Source: Gemmatimonadota bacterium
GTDB lineage: Bacteria > Gemmatimonadota > Gemmatimonadetes > Longimicrobiales > Gaopeijiaceae
Assembly: GCA_039589315.1 (NCBI GenBank)
Contig: JBDHHQ010000013.1
Location: forward strand, 96,001 to 160,000
Direction of reading: 5' to 3'
Length of the DNA stretch: 64,000 bases
Shown here: positions 37,764 through 47,441 of the stretch, one piece after another
Position numbering within the stretch: the first letter of the stretch is position 1
How the letters are laid out: every line of letters starts with the position of its first letter
The notes under the pieces: generated by a model
Told to the model about the DNA's origin: nothing
The model's database searches: none
Seen by the model: only the letters and a program-made list of their open reading frames with translations
Position numbers and translations under genes: made by a program

Positions 37764-40148
37764 TCAGAAGCGGAAACGGTAGCTGACCTTGGCGAACAGA
37801 CCGTCGGCCACCGCGTTGATGTCGCGGAACCGGAAGGCGTCCGTGTCCCTCATTTGGCGGGTGTATCCCACGTAGAAGACCGTCCCCGGAGACGGCTCGT
37901 AGCCGAGCAGCACGTCGCCGTAGAGGTCGTTGTCCGTGGCACCGTCCCGGGGATCACACTCGTCGTCCCCGCACAGGTACAGAGGCTCCCCCGACTCCGG
38001 GTCCCGGAGCTCGGCGGCCTCCTGACTGCCGTACTCCAGGATCGTCCTCAAGTACCATGCCTTGGTGAATTGGTATTGGATGCGCAGCCTGGGAATCGTG
38101 GCCGTGGAGTACCGCGACCCGTCGGACTGTCGGTTGAGCTGCAGGTAGCGAAGGCCCAGCTCCGCGCTCAGCGACCGTGTCGCGTAGACGGTGGCGCCGA
38201 TCTCACCCTGGAATGAATTCGCGGCCTCGACGGGCACGCGCAGCGCCCGATCGAAGATCGGCGTTTCCTTCCAGGTGAAGCCCATCCGGCCCCGCACGGC
38301 TCCGATCCCTCCCACGAACGAGAAGATGCGCAGCCCGTTCATGGCCTTGAACAGCGACTGATCCGGGTAGAACGGTCGGGCCTGGCCCTCGGGGTCGTCC
38401 GGGTCGCCCACGTAAAGGCCGTCGTACTTTTCGGCCGCATAGTCGAAAACCTCGCTGGTGCCGGTGATCCACACGGAGACGTTGCCCCGAAACGAGGTGC
38501 TGAAGCGGGCCTGGAGCTGGCCTTCCTTGAGCCCCCTCCCGCCCCAGAAGGCGTCGTGGTCCCAGTAGCCCTCGAGCTCGATCGTCGGGCCCCACCGCTC
38601 CAGCAGCGCTCCCGGCCGTCCCCACCAGTTGTAACGAACCTGTCCCTGCAGGCGGGTGTCCCCGATCCGTCGCAGGAAGCCGCTCGACGCCCGGAAGTCC
38701 GGGTGGGTGTCCTCCAGTCCCCCCCCGAAGCTCAGGTTCCGGCCCGACCGGTTGATCTTGGCCGTGAGCAGTCCGCCCGTGAGGGAGCTTCCCGGCGCGT
38801 CACCGGTGATGCTGCCCGCGCCCAGGAGGTCGAGCGTGTAGCGCCGCGCGAAGACCACGCGGGCATCGACGCCCCCCACCCGATTGTACAGGTCCCTCGA
38901 ACGGGTCCGGTCGGTGTAGATCAGGCCCACGTTGGAGGCGCGACCGAGGTCCCGCCTGGCCCGCACCAAGTTCACGAAGACGTTGCCCCCGGGATCGTCC
39001 GCGTCGGTGGCGGAGAGTCGATCGATGGCCCCCAGGTAGCCGATGTCGAAGCCACCCACCTTGCCCGTGAGCTTGGCCCCCCCCAGAGGGTCCACGATCG
39101 TCCGGGTGTAAACGAGCTGCTGGGGAAGGTTGAAGATCTCGGTCCCCTCGAGGAAGAAGGGCCGCTTCTCGGGGAAGAAGATCGCGAAGCGCTCGTTGAC
39201 GGCGATCTGGCCGGCGTCCGCTTCGACCTGGCTGAAGTCGGGATTGTAGGTGGCATCGAAGCGCAGGTCGGGCGTGACCCCGTAGGTGAAGTTCAGCCCG
39301 AAGGCGCCCTCGGCGTTCTCGTGAATGAACTCGCCGGTCTCCGAGTCCTCGACTCCCAGCCGCTTCCCTGTGAGCTCGGGGTTGATCTCCATGAACAGCC
39401 CGGGATTCAGATCCTGCAGCTCCAGGAGCTTGCCCGCCTGGGTGAGCTTGTTCGCCTGGTTGGCCGTGATGGGGGACCAGGACTCCTTGTAGCCGAAGCG
39501 CTGGATGTTCCGCACCACCTGAACACCCCACTCCTGCACGGGCTGGCGCCGGAAGCGGAGGCTCTTGAACGGGACGCGGACCTCGACGGCATAGCCCCAA
39601 TCCTCGAGCCGACCCGACGAGTCCCAGATGAAATCCGGGTTGTCGTCGATGGGGTCCCCGAATCCGCCGCGCCGGCTGCTCTTCCCCTCGATCCACAGGC
39701 CGTCGTGCTGGACGCCCAGAGGATTCACGGTGAAGACGTAGGCGCGTCGCTGATCGTCGAACGTGTCCAGGATGATCCGTACCCAGTCGTCGGACTCCGT
39801 CGCGTTGTCCCGCTGAGCCAGGGTCGCGCGAATCCTGCGCGGATCGGTATCGAAGGCCCGTATCCCGAAGTAGATGGCGTCGGCGGTGGCGAACACCATC
39901 ACCTCGGTTCGCTGCGAAGCGGGGGCGCCCTCCGAGGGATCGTACTGGGTGAATCCCTGCAGCACGGCGGCCTCGGCCCAAGCCTGCTCGTCCAGGATGC
40001 CGTTGATGTCCACGTCGGCCGTGAGGACCCTGGGCGTGGGCACGTCGGTCTCGCCCGCGGATCCGTCGTAGGCAGCCGACGGGGGATCTGGATCGCCGGG
40101 TCCCAGGAGGGAACCAGCCAGGAGCGAGATTGCGAAGACGAGCTTCAT
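37764..40148 (-). CDS. CBM9-like domain plus DUF5916 outer-membrane beta-barrel protein
   Basis: 'DINGILDE.AW', 'NPDFSQVEAD', 'RFAIFFPEKRPFFLEG', terminal 'YRFRF'. Confidence 0.88.
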   Translation of the reverse strand: MKLVFAISLLAGSLLGPGDPDPPSAAYDGSAGETDVPTPRVLTADVDINGILDEQAWAEAAVLQGFTQYDPSEGAPASQRTEVMVFATADAIYFGIRAFDTDPRRIRATLAQRDNATESDDWVRIILDTFDDQRRAYVFTVNPLGVQHDGLWIEGKSSRRGGFGDPIDDNPDFIWDSSGRLEDWGYAVEVRVPFKSLRFRRQPVQEWGVQVVRNIQRFGYKESWSPITANQANKLTQAGKLLELQDLNPGLFMEINPELTGKRLGVEDSETGEFIHENAEGAFGLNFTYGVTPDLRFDATYNPDFSQVEADAGQIAVNERFAIFFPEKRPFFLEGTEIFNLPQQLVYTRTIVDPLGGAKLTGKVGGFDIGYLGAIDRLSATDADDPGGNVFVNLVRARRDLGRASNVGLIYTDRTRSRDLYNRVGGVDARVVFARRYTLDLLGAGSITGDAPGSSLTGGLLTAKINRSGRNLSFGGGLEDTHPDFRASSGFLRRIGDTRLQGQVRYNWWGRPGALLERWGPTIELEGYWDHDAFWGGRGLKEGQLQARFSTSFRGNVSVWITGTSEVFDYAAEKYDGLYVGDPDDPEGQARPFYPDQSLFKAMNGLRIFSFVGGIGAVRGRMGFTWKETPIFDRALRVPVEAANSFQGEIGATVYATRSLSAELGLRYLQLNRQSDGSRYSTATIPRLRIQYQFTKAWYLRTILEYGSQEAAELRDPESGEPLYLCGDDECDPRDGATDNDLYGDVLLGYEPSPGTVFYVGYTRQMRDTDAFRFRDINAVADGLFAKVSYRFRF

Positions 40149-40242
40149 GGCGTCATGCTTGGCCGAGGCCCGACGGGTCCGTGCGTCACGCCCCCGGCCA
40201 GCCTCCGCCTATGTTCCCCCCCGAGTGATCGGTCACAGCGCG

Positions 40243-40512
40243 TTGACGGCGAACTTCACCCCCGACGAGGAGCAGCGCATCGTCGCCGCTCTGACTCGCC
40301 GAGAGACACCCACGTGCCCGCGGTGTTCCGGCCACCTCGACGTGCAACGCGTGCCACCCCGTCCCGACGTTGCGTACGTTCGGGACCGGCTCTGGCTGGT
40401 GTGCGGAAGGTGTGGGCGAAGCGCCCTGGTGGACCGCCGCCGCCTCATCCCCGGTGACTCTACCGGGACCGACGGCCCTCCGGCACACGGGCCGTCCGAC
40501 GAGCCGCCATGA
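40243..40512 (+). CDS. Small zinc-ribbon-like protein (two CxxC)
   Basis: 'CPRC' and 'CGRC' separated by about 25 aa; start (TTG 40243 or GTG 40225) uncertain. Confidence 0.65.
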   Translation: MTANFTPDEEQRIVAALTRRETPTCPRCSGHLDVQRVPPRPDVAYVRDRLWLVCGRCGRSALVDRRRLIPGDSTGTDGPPAHGPSDEPP

Positions 40513-40582
40513 GGGAGACACTCCTCCCTGCGGTTTTGCTGAGGATTGCCCCGGGCGCCCGTCGACCCGAGGTTGGCTGCCC

Positions 40583-41518
40583 ATGCTCAGAGCCCACGAC
40601 CCTCGGAATGCCCTGCTCGGCCGCGGGATGCTCGCCCTCCTGGTCGGGCTCCCCGCCCCCTCACCGCTCTCGGCTCAGGTAACCGCCCCGCTGGTTCTCC
40701 AGCTACCGGCTTCGACCGAAGCCCTCGGCCTCGGCAACGCGTTCCCCGTCTCGGGACGGGACGCCGATGCCGTCTTCTACAATCCGGGCGCCCTGGTGGC
40801 CGCACGGGGAATCGGGCTTGCGGGGCAGCGCTTCGGGCCGGGCAGCACGCTCCTGGGGGCGTCGGCCGCTCTTCCGTGGCTCGGCGGGGTGGTGGGGCTC
40901 GGGGTCCAATCGCTCGCGTACGACGCGGCTTCCGACAGCCTGCCTCCCACGGTCTCGGATCTCCTGAGCGACGGAGAGGTGGCGGTGGCCGAGCTGGCGG
41001 CTTCGCTGGGATACGCCCGGGAGCTGGGGCCCGTAAGTCTCGGGGTCGTGGGCAAGCTCCTCGAGGAGCGGCTGGGAGGGGGCCGGGCCTCGACATTCGC
41101 CGCCGACCTGGGTGCCACGGCCGAAGTCGCCTTCCTCACCCTGGGCCTGGCAATTCAGAATATCGGTTCTGATCTGACCTTCGACGGGGTCGAGCTGGCG
41201 ATGCCCGACCGCGTCACCCTGTCGGGCGCTTTCGAGCCCGAGTCCCTCGGGCCGTTGGACGTCCGAGCAGCTGCGGCGATCTCGCGACGGTCGGACGGCG
41301 AGATCATTCCGGCCGGGGGGCTTGACGTGCGCTATTGGCCCGTGCGGGGCCGGACCTTCATCGGGCGAGTGGGCGTCCAGCGCGTGCCCGATGGGCCCGC
41401 CCGGCCTCTGTCGTTCGGGCTGGCCTTCTGGGGAGACTCGTTCGCGGTGGAGTACGCGTTCCAGGCGTTCGACGGATCTCACGACACCCATCGGGCCGGA
41501 GTGCGCTGGCGCCAGTAG
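40583..41518 (+). CDS. PorV/PorQ-like outer-membrane beta-barrel
   Basis: 'ALGLGNA', 'AVFYNPGAL', 'ADLG', 'LGLAIQNIG', 'EYAF', 'THRAGVRW'. Confidence 0.75.
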   Translation: MLRAHDPRNALLGRGMLALLVGLPAPSPLSAQVTAPLVLQLPASTEALGLGNAFPVSGRDADAVFYNPGALVAARGIGLAGQRFGPGSTLLGASAALPWLGGVVGLGVQSLAYDAASDSLPPTVSDLLSDGEVAVAELAASLGYARELGPVSLGVVGKLLEERLGGGRASTFAADLGATAEVAFLTLGLAIQNIGSDLTFDGVELAMPDRVTLSGAFEPESLGPLDVRAAAAISRRSDGEIIPAGGLDVRYWPVRGRTFIGRVGVQRVPDGPARPLSFGLAFWGDSFAVEYAFQAFDGSHDTHRAGVRWRQ

Positions 41519-43507
41519 TCAGGTGGCCGGAACCTGGGCGGCCAGGAACGCAGGGTCCAGGCGACTGAAGCCGATATCGTCCACGACGATCTCGCCGGTT
41601 ACCGAGCGGTCGAACACAATGCGAACGTGCGTCAGCGCCGTCAGGTCCAGGCCGGGCGTGGTCCGGAGGAACTCGGCCGTAGGCACCGAGAAGCCCTGCA
41701 GAACCAACTCCCACGGCTCGTCGAAGCGGGCCCTCTCCTGATCGCCGCGGCGAAGGATGCGCATCTCGAGCGGCCGTCGCAGAGGTCCGTAGCGGCTCAA
41801 GGCCAGCCTGGCCGTGCGGCCTCCGGCGTCCCCCAGCTCCACGGTCACGTCGACCGGCTCTTTGGCGCCGCCGTCCGGCTCGGTCCAGTCGCCGGTCCCG
41901 TCCGCCTCGCGCTGCCGCTCCTGGTCCGCTCCACGCGAGGACCCCCTCGGGGACGGAATCCGGGGCGTGGCCGCCACCGACAGGTCCAGGGTCCACTCCG
42001 ACCCCACGCCCCACTCCCGCGCCAGCCCGGCGGGCAACGTAATCGTGAAGCTCCCCGGCTCCCCCAGCTCGTCGTCGGGACGGTCCTGCATCCTTCGGTT
42101 CCATCCCAACCACACCGCCTGGTTCTCCTGCGACGCCGACGTATTCGTCCGATTGCTGGACCGAAGCGCCAGCCGTCCTTCCCTCCAGGTCTCGAGCGAG
42201 TCCGCGGCGAGCGTGACCCCGACGGCCGATCCGGTCGTCACGTCGATGTCCTCCTCGAAGTCGGCCAGGGACCGGAAGGAGGCCGGCTGGAAACGGGTCA
42301 CGTACATGGTCTCCGGCAGCCAGCCGCCGATGACCCGGTGGTCCCGGAAGATGGGCAGATAGCGTTCATCCTCGTGGAGCGTCGCTTCCAGAAAAGCCGT
42401 GATGTAGATCCGAGCGAAATCGCGCTGCTCTTCGGGCTCGAGCAGCGCCCGCAGGTCCAGAATCCGCGAGCTGCGTGGACCGTTGTCGTGGGCTCCCCAG
42501 ACCTCGTTCCATTGGCCGTGGTTGGCTCGGTACACGTAGACGGACGCCTTGAACAGGTTTGAGCCCGGGTCGGTGTAGGATACCCGGTGCCATTGCCGCA
42601 GGCCGTGGAAGCTGGTGACATCGCCGTCGTGGGAACCGTGGAAGACCAGGTAGTTCACATCCTCCACCGGGACCCTGCGACCGGTGGGCAGGTACTGGCC
42701 GTCCACCGGGGCAATGGCCACGACCGCCCGGATCCCGAAGTCGAAGTCGAACTCCAGGCTGGCATCGTCCGGGTAGTGGCGTAGGCGATTGAAGGCCGCG
42801 GCGTGGCCGACGGCCTCCCCTCCCCGGGAGTGCCCCATGATGGCGATGCGATCCATGGCGACACGCCCATGGAAGGGATTGTCCGGATCTTCGTTGAATC
42901 CCCGCCACGCCTCCAGATGCTTGAGCAGCAGCCAGCCGCGGCCGTCGTTCTCCTCACGAACGCTGCCGTTGACGAAGTTCATGTCGATGGAGGCCAGGAT
43001 GAAGCCCCGGCTGGCGAGGAGCCGGCCCAGGTAGGCGTAGCCCGGGTCGGAGTAGTCCTTCATATCGTGGTTCCCGTGAACGATGAGAGCCAGGGGGAAA
43101 GGCCCCTCCCCCTTCGGATACCACACGCGGGCGTTCAACGGAAAGCTGTCCGGCGAGAAGCCCCAGTACCGGTTCCGCTCGTCTTCGTCGTAGCGGGTGA
43201 GATCCACCAGCTTGGAAGCGTCCACCGCGGGTGTCCGGAACGCCACCGAGTCCCGGAACTCGAGCCGGCGGCGGTCGGTGCCGGAGCCGTAGTAGAGGGC
43301 CCCCACTGCGTAGTGGCCCGAATCGGCCGGGTGAGGGACGTCCAGCACCTGGTGGGCCAGGACGTCCTGGTGATCGCTCTCGGTCAGGCGAAGCGCGCCC
43401 CGGCAGGCCCCCAACGCCACCGCGAACGCCGCCGCGCAGACAGCCAGGCCCCTCGCCTCGAGCCTTCCCGAGGTCCGGCGGCCGCGCCCGCGCACCGAGG
43501 ACGTCAC
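41519..43507 (-). CDS. Exported alpha/beta hydrolase (chlorophyllase/dienelactone hydrolase-like), lipoprotein
   Basis: 'PLALIVHGNH', nucleophile elbow 'GHSRGG', 'HGSHDGDV', 'ANHGQWN'; lipobox 'LGAC'; RBS AGGAG. Confidence 0.85.
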   Translation of the reverse strand: MTSSVRGRGRRTSGRLEARGLAVCAAAFAVALGACRGALRLTESDHQDVLAHQVLDVPHPADSGHYAVGALYYGSGTDRRRLEFRDSVAFRTPAVDASKLVDLTRYDEDERNRYWGFSPDSFPLNARVWYPKGEGPFPLALIVHGNHDMKDYSDPGYAYLGRLLASRGFILASIDMNFVNGSVREENDGRGWLLLKHLEAWRGFNEDPDNPFHGRVAMDRIAIMGHSRGGEAVGHAAAFNRLRHYPDDASLEFDFDFGIRAVVAIAPVDGQYLPTGRRVPVEDVNYLVFHGSHDGDVTSFHGLRQWHRVSYTDPGSNLFKASVYVYRANHGQWNEVWGAHDNGPRSSRILDLRALLEPEEQRDFARIYITAFLEATLHEDERYLPIFRDHRVIGGWLPETMYVTRFQPASFRSLADFEEDIDVTTGSAVGVTLAADSLETWREGRLALRSSNRTNTSASQENQAVWLGWNRRMQDRPDDELGEPGSFTITLPAGLAREWGVGSEWTLDLSVAATPRIPSPRGSSRGADQERQREADGTGDWTEPDGGAKEPVDVTVELGDAGGRTARLALSRYGPLRRPLEMRILRRGDQERARFDEPWELVLQGFSVPTAEFLRTTPGLDLTALTHVRIVFDRSVTGEIVVDDIGFSRLDPAFLAAQVPAT

Positions 43508-43511
43508 TCTC

Positions 43512-44006
43512 CTATTCCGCGTCGCTCCGAGCACTGAGCTTCTCGTCCAGCATGAGAAGCACGGCGCTGTCATCGCCGATCATCTTCAGCTGCTCGATCA
43601 CCAGACCGGAGCTGGCCTCCTCCTCGACCTGCTCGTTGATGAACCACTGGAGCTGCATCTGCGTGGGGTAGTCAGCCTTCTCCATCGCAAGGGCGTACAG
43701 GTCGTTGATGGATCGAGTCACCTTGCGCTCATGCTCCAGGGCGGCCTCGAAGATCGAGAGGGGGGAGCCGAACGAGGATGGCGGCTGCCCGACGCCCTGC
43801 AACTCCACCGGCTCGCCACGCTCGAGCAAGTAGTCGAAGAGCCTCATGGCATGCACCAGCTCCTCCTGTGCCTGGAGACGCATCCAGTGTGCGAATCCCT
43901 CGAGGCTGTGGTTGCTAAAATGCGCGGACATGGCCAGGTAGAGGTAGGCAGCGGCGAGCTCGCTCTTGATCTGGTCGTTGATGGCTGCTCGGACCGAGGT
44001 GTCCAT
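43512..44006 (-). CDS. ftnA: Non-heme ferritin
   Basis: 'INDQI..E..AAY.YLAM', 'QAQEE..HA', 'HERKVT..I', 'LQWFINEQVEEE'. Confidence 0.93.
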   Translation of the reverse strand: MDTSVRAAINDQIKSELAAAYLYLAMSAHFSNHSLEGFAHWMRLQAQEELVHAMRLFDYLLERGEPVELQGVGQPPSSFGSPLSIFEAALEHERKVTRSINDLYALAMEKADYPTQMQLQWFINEQVEEEASSGLVIEQLKMIGDDSAVLLMLDEKLSARSDAE

Positions 44007-44251
44007 GTGGCTTTCTCCACGTCGAGATTGGGTTCCCTGGCTGGGACGGGTGGCCAATATACTGCCGATGGCCGGGCCAGGTAGTGTGAGACGGGATCGG
44101 GGATGGGGCCCCGCTTCCTGAAAGGAACCTTTCGGATGCGGCGACGTACCGGAAGATCCCACCCCGATTGCTGAAGACAGGCCAAGCCGGAGCTATCCGG
44201 CGACGGCTCCCTCGACAGAACGGTTCCCTTCGAGCGGGGAGTGAGAAACGG

Positions 44252-45088
44252 GTGCGATCCCTGAAGCCGTGGACGGTAGGCGTGGCGGTGCTCTGTGGCG
44301 TGGGCGTGGTGTCATCCACGCCTCCGGGCACCGGCGTGTCCCCAGCTTCCCACCCGCCCGCTGGGGGTAGCGCCACATTCCTCGGCGTGGAACCTGGTGC
44401 GGCCGCGCAGGGACCCGACGTGCCCCGCGAGTTCTACTTCTCCCGGGTCGCCTACACCGGGTACGGCCGAGGCTACTACGGCCGCGGCCGCTCGTGGTCG
44501 GTGGACTTTCCCAAGGCGGACCGGCAGTTCCTGGTCGTCCTGAAGCGTCTCGTCAATCTGGACATCTACGACATGGAGCACCCCGTGACCCTGGAAGACC
44601 CGGGGGTGCGGCGCTTTCCCTTCCTGTACGCTCTGGAGGTGGGCGGTATGGCCCTCACCCCGCCCGAGGTGCAGGGACTCCGGGATTACCTCCTGGCAGG
44701 CGGATTCCTGGTCATCGACGACTTCTGGGGAACCTGGGAGTGGGAGAACTTCGAGTCTGAGATTCGTCGTGTGCTACCGGAGTACCCGATCGTGGAGCTG
44801 GACCTGGAGCACCCGCTCTTCTCGTCCTTCTACGACATCGAGGAGATCCTCCAGGTCCCGGGCAGGGGCCGTGGCCGGCGCGGCGGCCCGACGTGGGAGA
44901 GAGACGGGTACGAGCCGCATGTGCGGGGCATCTACGACACCGAGGGTCGATTGATGGTCGTGATCAACTGGAACACGGACCTCGGCGACGCCTGGGAGTG
45001 GGCCGAGGATCCGTTCTACCCGCTACGGTATTCGACCTACGCCTACGAGATGGGCGTGAACCTGATCGTCTACGCGATGAGCCACTAG
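44252..45088 (+). CDS. DUF4159 domain protein (paralog 1), exported
   Basis: 'W.VDFPKAD', 'LRDYLLAGGFLVIDDFWG', 'HPLFSSFYDI', 'TDLGDAWE', 'GVNLIVYAMSH'; start approximate. Confidence 0.85.
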   Translation: MRSLKPWTVGVAVLCGVGVVSSTPPGTGVSPASHPPAGGSATFLGVEPGAAAQGPDVPREFYFSRVAYTGYGRGYYGRGRSWSVDFPKADRQFLVVLKRLVNLDIYDMEHPVTLEDPGVRRFPFLYALEVGGMALTPPEVQGLRDYLLAGGFLVIDDFWGTWEWENFESEIRRVLPEYPIVELDLEHPLFSSFYDIEEILQVPGRGRGRRGGPTWERDGYEPHVRGIYDTEGRLMVVINWNTDLGDAWEWAEDPFYPLRYSTYAYEMGVNLIVYAMSH

Positions 45089-45134
45089 CTGCACGCCGGC
45101 CGGCGCCCTCGCAGGGGGGTGCGACCCGGGCCGG

Positions 45135-47441
45135 ATGGGGGCGAAGAAGTTGTCGGAATCGGTGTTCGAGTTCCTCTTCAAGTACCGGCGCGTCCTGTTT
45201 GCCGAGGGCGAGCTCGGCTTTGCCACGCCCTGGCCCGTCGTTCTGCCGGTGACCGCGGGGCTCGTCGTGGCGGCCCTGGCCGTGGTCACGTACGCACGAG
45301 CCGGAGGGCGCACGACCGCGGCTGATCGGGTGGTCCTGGCGGCGCTTCGGGTTGCTGCCCTGGCCCTCATCGTGGTCCTGCTACTCCGGCCCGTTCTCGT
45401 GCTGACGTCCGTGGTCCCGCAACGCAACTTCCTGGCTGTGCTCGTAGACGACTCCCGCAGCATGGCCGTGGCCGACGTGGACGGAACGTCGCGAGGTCAA
45501 TTCGCCCGCGCGCAGCTCGATGCCGCGGAGGGCCCGCTTCTCCAGGCGTTGCAGGAACGCTTCGCCGTCCGCCTGTTCCGCTTCGCCGACTCGCCGGAGC
45601 GCATGGCCGACGTGACAGAGTTGAGCTTTCAGGGGAGCGGCACCCACCTGGCCCCTGCACTCACGCGGGCCTACGAGGACCTGGCAGGGGTCCCGCTCTC
45701 GGGTCTGGTCGTCGTCTCGGACGGAGCGGACACCTCCGAGGAGCCGTTGGCGGAGGCGCTGTTGCCCCTCCAGGCCGCCGGAGTGCCGGTCTTCACCGTG
45801 GGCCTGGGTGACGAGGCGCTCACCCCGGACGTTCAGCTCGGTAGAGTCGACACGCCTCCGGTCGCCCTCCTGGGCACGACGCTGGTCGTGGACGTGGTAC
45901 TCGAGGGCAGGGGGTTCGGTGGACAGACGGCGTCGGTCCTGGTCGAGGACGACAGCCGCCTTCTGGCGTCCAGGGAGGTGGAGCTGAGCGGCCGGGGCGA
46001 GCCGGTCCTGACGCAGCTGAGCTTCACGCTGGAAGAGGCCGGTCCGAGGAGGCTCCGGTTCAGCGTGCCGCCGCTGCCCGGGGAACGGGTCGAGCGGAAC
46101 AACGTGCGCGAGCTGCTCATCGACGTACGCGACCAGCGAGAGAAGATCCTCTACTTCGAGGGCGAGCCCCGCTTCGAGGTCAAGTTCATCCGCCGCGCGG
46201 TGGCGGAGGACGAGAACCTGCGCGTCGTGGTACTCCAGCGCACCGCCGAGAACAAGTTCCTGCGGCTGGACGTGGACGACGCCGAAGAGCTGGCCGGGGG
46301 TTTCCCGCGAACGCGAGAGGAGCTGTTCCGCTACAAGGGACTCATCCTCGGGAGCGTCGAAGCCAGCTTCTTCACCCACGATCAGCTCAACATGATCGCC
46401 GACTTCGTCAGCCAACGTGGTGGCGGGCTCCTGGCACTCGGCGGTCGCCGATCGTTCGGAGAGGGAGGCTACGCGGGCACCCCGGTGGCCGAGGTCCTTC
46501 CGGTCGTGGTGCCCGACGTGCCGGTGGGCCCGGCGTCGGAGTTCTTCGCGGAGCTACAGGTGGCGCCCACCCGGTCGGGACTCTCCCACGCGGTGACGCA
46601 GCTGGCCGAGGACGAGGACGCGGCCCGGAGCCGGTGGGCGGAGCTGCCCCCCCTGTCCACGCGGAACCGACTGGGCGAGTTGAAGCCGGGGGCTACCGCG
46701 CTTCTTCTCGGCCAGGTCGAGGACGGTCCGTCCGACCACCCCGTACTGGCCTTTCAGCGGTACGGCCGCGGCATGGCGCTGTCATTGGCGGTCCAGGACG
46801 TGTGGACCTGGCAGATGCACGCCAGCATCCCGCTGGAAGACATGACCCACGAAACGCTGTGGCGACAGCTGCTGCGTTGGGTCGTGGACGGCGTGCCCGA
46901 GATCGTCACCGTTACGGCCGACCCAGAGCGGATGGAGCCCGGGCGGCCGGTCACCATTACCGCCGAAGTCGCCGACTCGGGCTTCTTCGAGGTGAACGAC
47001 GGCACGGTTAGCGCCACGGTGACCCTGCCGTCAGGAGACACCCTGGGCCTTCCGCTGGATTGGACCGTCGAGCGGGACGGCGAATACAGCGCCACGTTCA
47101 CGGCACCCGAAGAGGGCCTGCACGAGGTGCGCGTCACGGCCAGCCGGGCCGGGCAGCACCTCGGGTCGGGGGACGCGTTCTTCGCGGCGGCCCCCTCCGA
47201 CGCCGAGTTCTTCGACGCCGGCATGCGGGCGCCCCTGCTACGCCGGGTGGCCGAAGACACGGGCGGGCGGTTCTACACGCCCGAGACGCTCGGCACGCTG
47301 CCGGAGGATATCACCTACACCGGCAGTGGCGTGACCCTGACCGAGGAGCGCGACCTCTGGGACATGCCCGCCGCTCTGATCCTCCTCGTCCTGCTGGTGG
47401 CGGCCGAGTGGACCTACCGCCGTGCCCGGGGCCTCGCGTGA
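45135..47441 (+). CDS. Membrane-anchored vWA plus glutamine-amidotransferase-like domain protein
   Basis: Two N-terminal TM helices; MIDAS 'DDSRS', 'SDG'; 'FVSQRGGGLLALGG', 'YGRG', C-terminal TM 'AAEWTYRR'. Confidence 0.85.
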   Translation: MGAKKLSESVFEFLFKYRRVLFAEGELGFATPWPVVLPVTAGLVVAALAVVTYARAGGRTTAADRVVLAALRVAALALIVVLLLRPVLVLTSVVPQRNFLAVLVDDSRSMAVADVDGTSRGQFARAQLDAAEGPLLQALQERFAVRLFRFADSPERMADVTELSFQGSGTHLAPALTRAYEDLAGVPLSGLVVVSDGADTSEEPLAEALLPLQAAGVPVFTVGLGDEALTPDVQLGRVDTPPVALLGTTLVVDVVLEGRGFGGQTASVLVEDDSRLLASREVELSGRGEPVLTQLSFTLEEAGPRRLRFSVPPLPGERVERNNVRELLIDVRDQREKILYFEGEPRFEVKFIRRAVAEDENLRVVVLQRTAENKFLRLDVDDAEELAGGFPRTREELFRYKGLILGSVEASFFTHDQLNMIADFVSQRGGGLLALGGRRSFGEGGYAGTPVAEVLPVVVPDVPVGPASEFFAELQVAPTRSGLSHAVTQLAEDEDAARSRWAELPPLSTRNRLGELKPGATALLLGQVEDGPSDHPVLAFQRYGRGMALSLAVQDVWTWQMHASIPLEDMTHETLWRQLLRWVVDGVPEIVTVTADPERMEPGRPVTITAEVADSGFFEVNDGTVSATVTLPSGDTLGLPLDWTVERDGEYSATFTAPEEGLHEVRVTASRAGQHLGSGDAFFAAAPSDAEFFDAGMRAPLLRRVAEDTGGRFYTPETLGTLPEDITYTGSGVTLTEERDLWDMPAALILLVLLVAAEWTYRRARGLA

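Noticed and set aside
40583..41518. PorV-like gene as evidence of a type IX secretion system
   Set aside because: No other T9SS genes in the window; PorV/PorQ-like barrels occur without T9SS.
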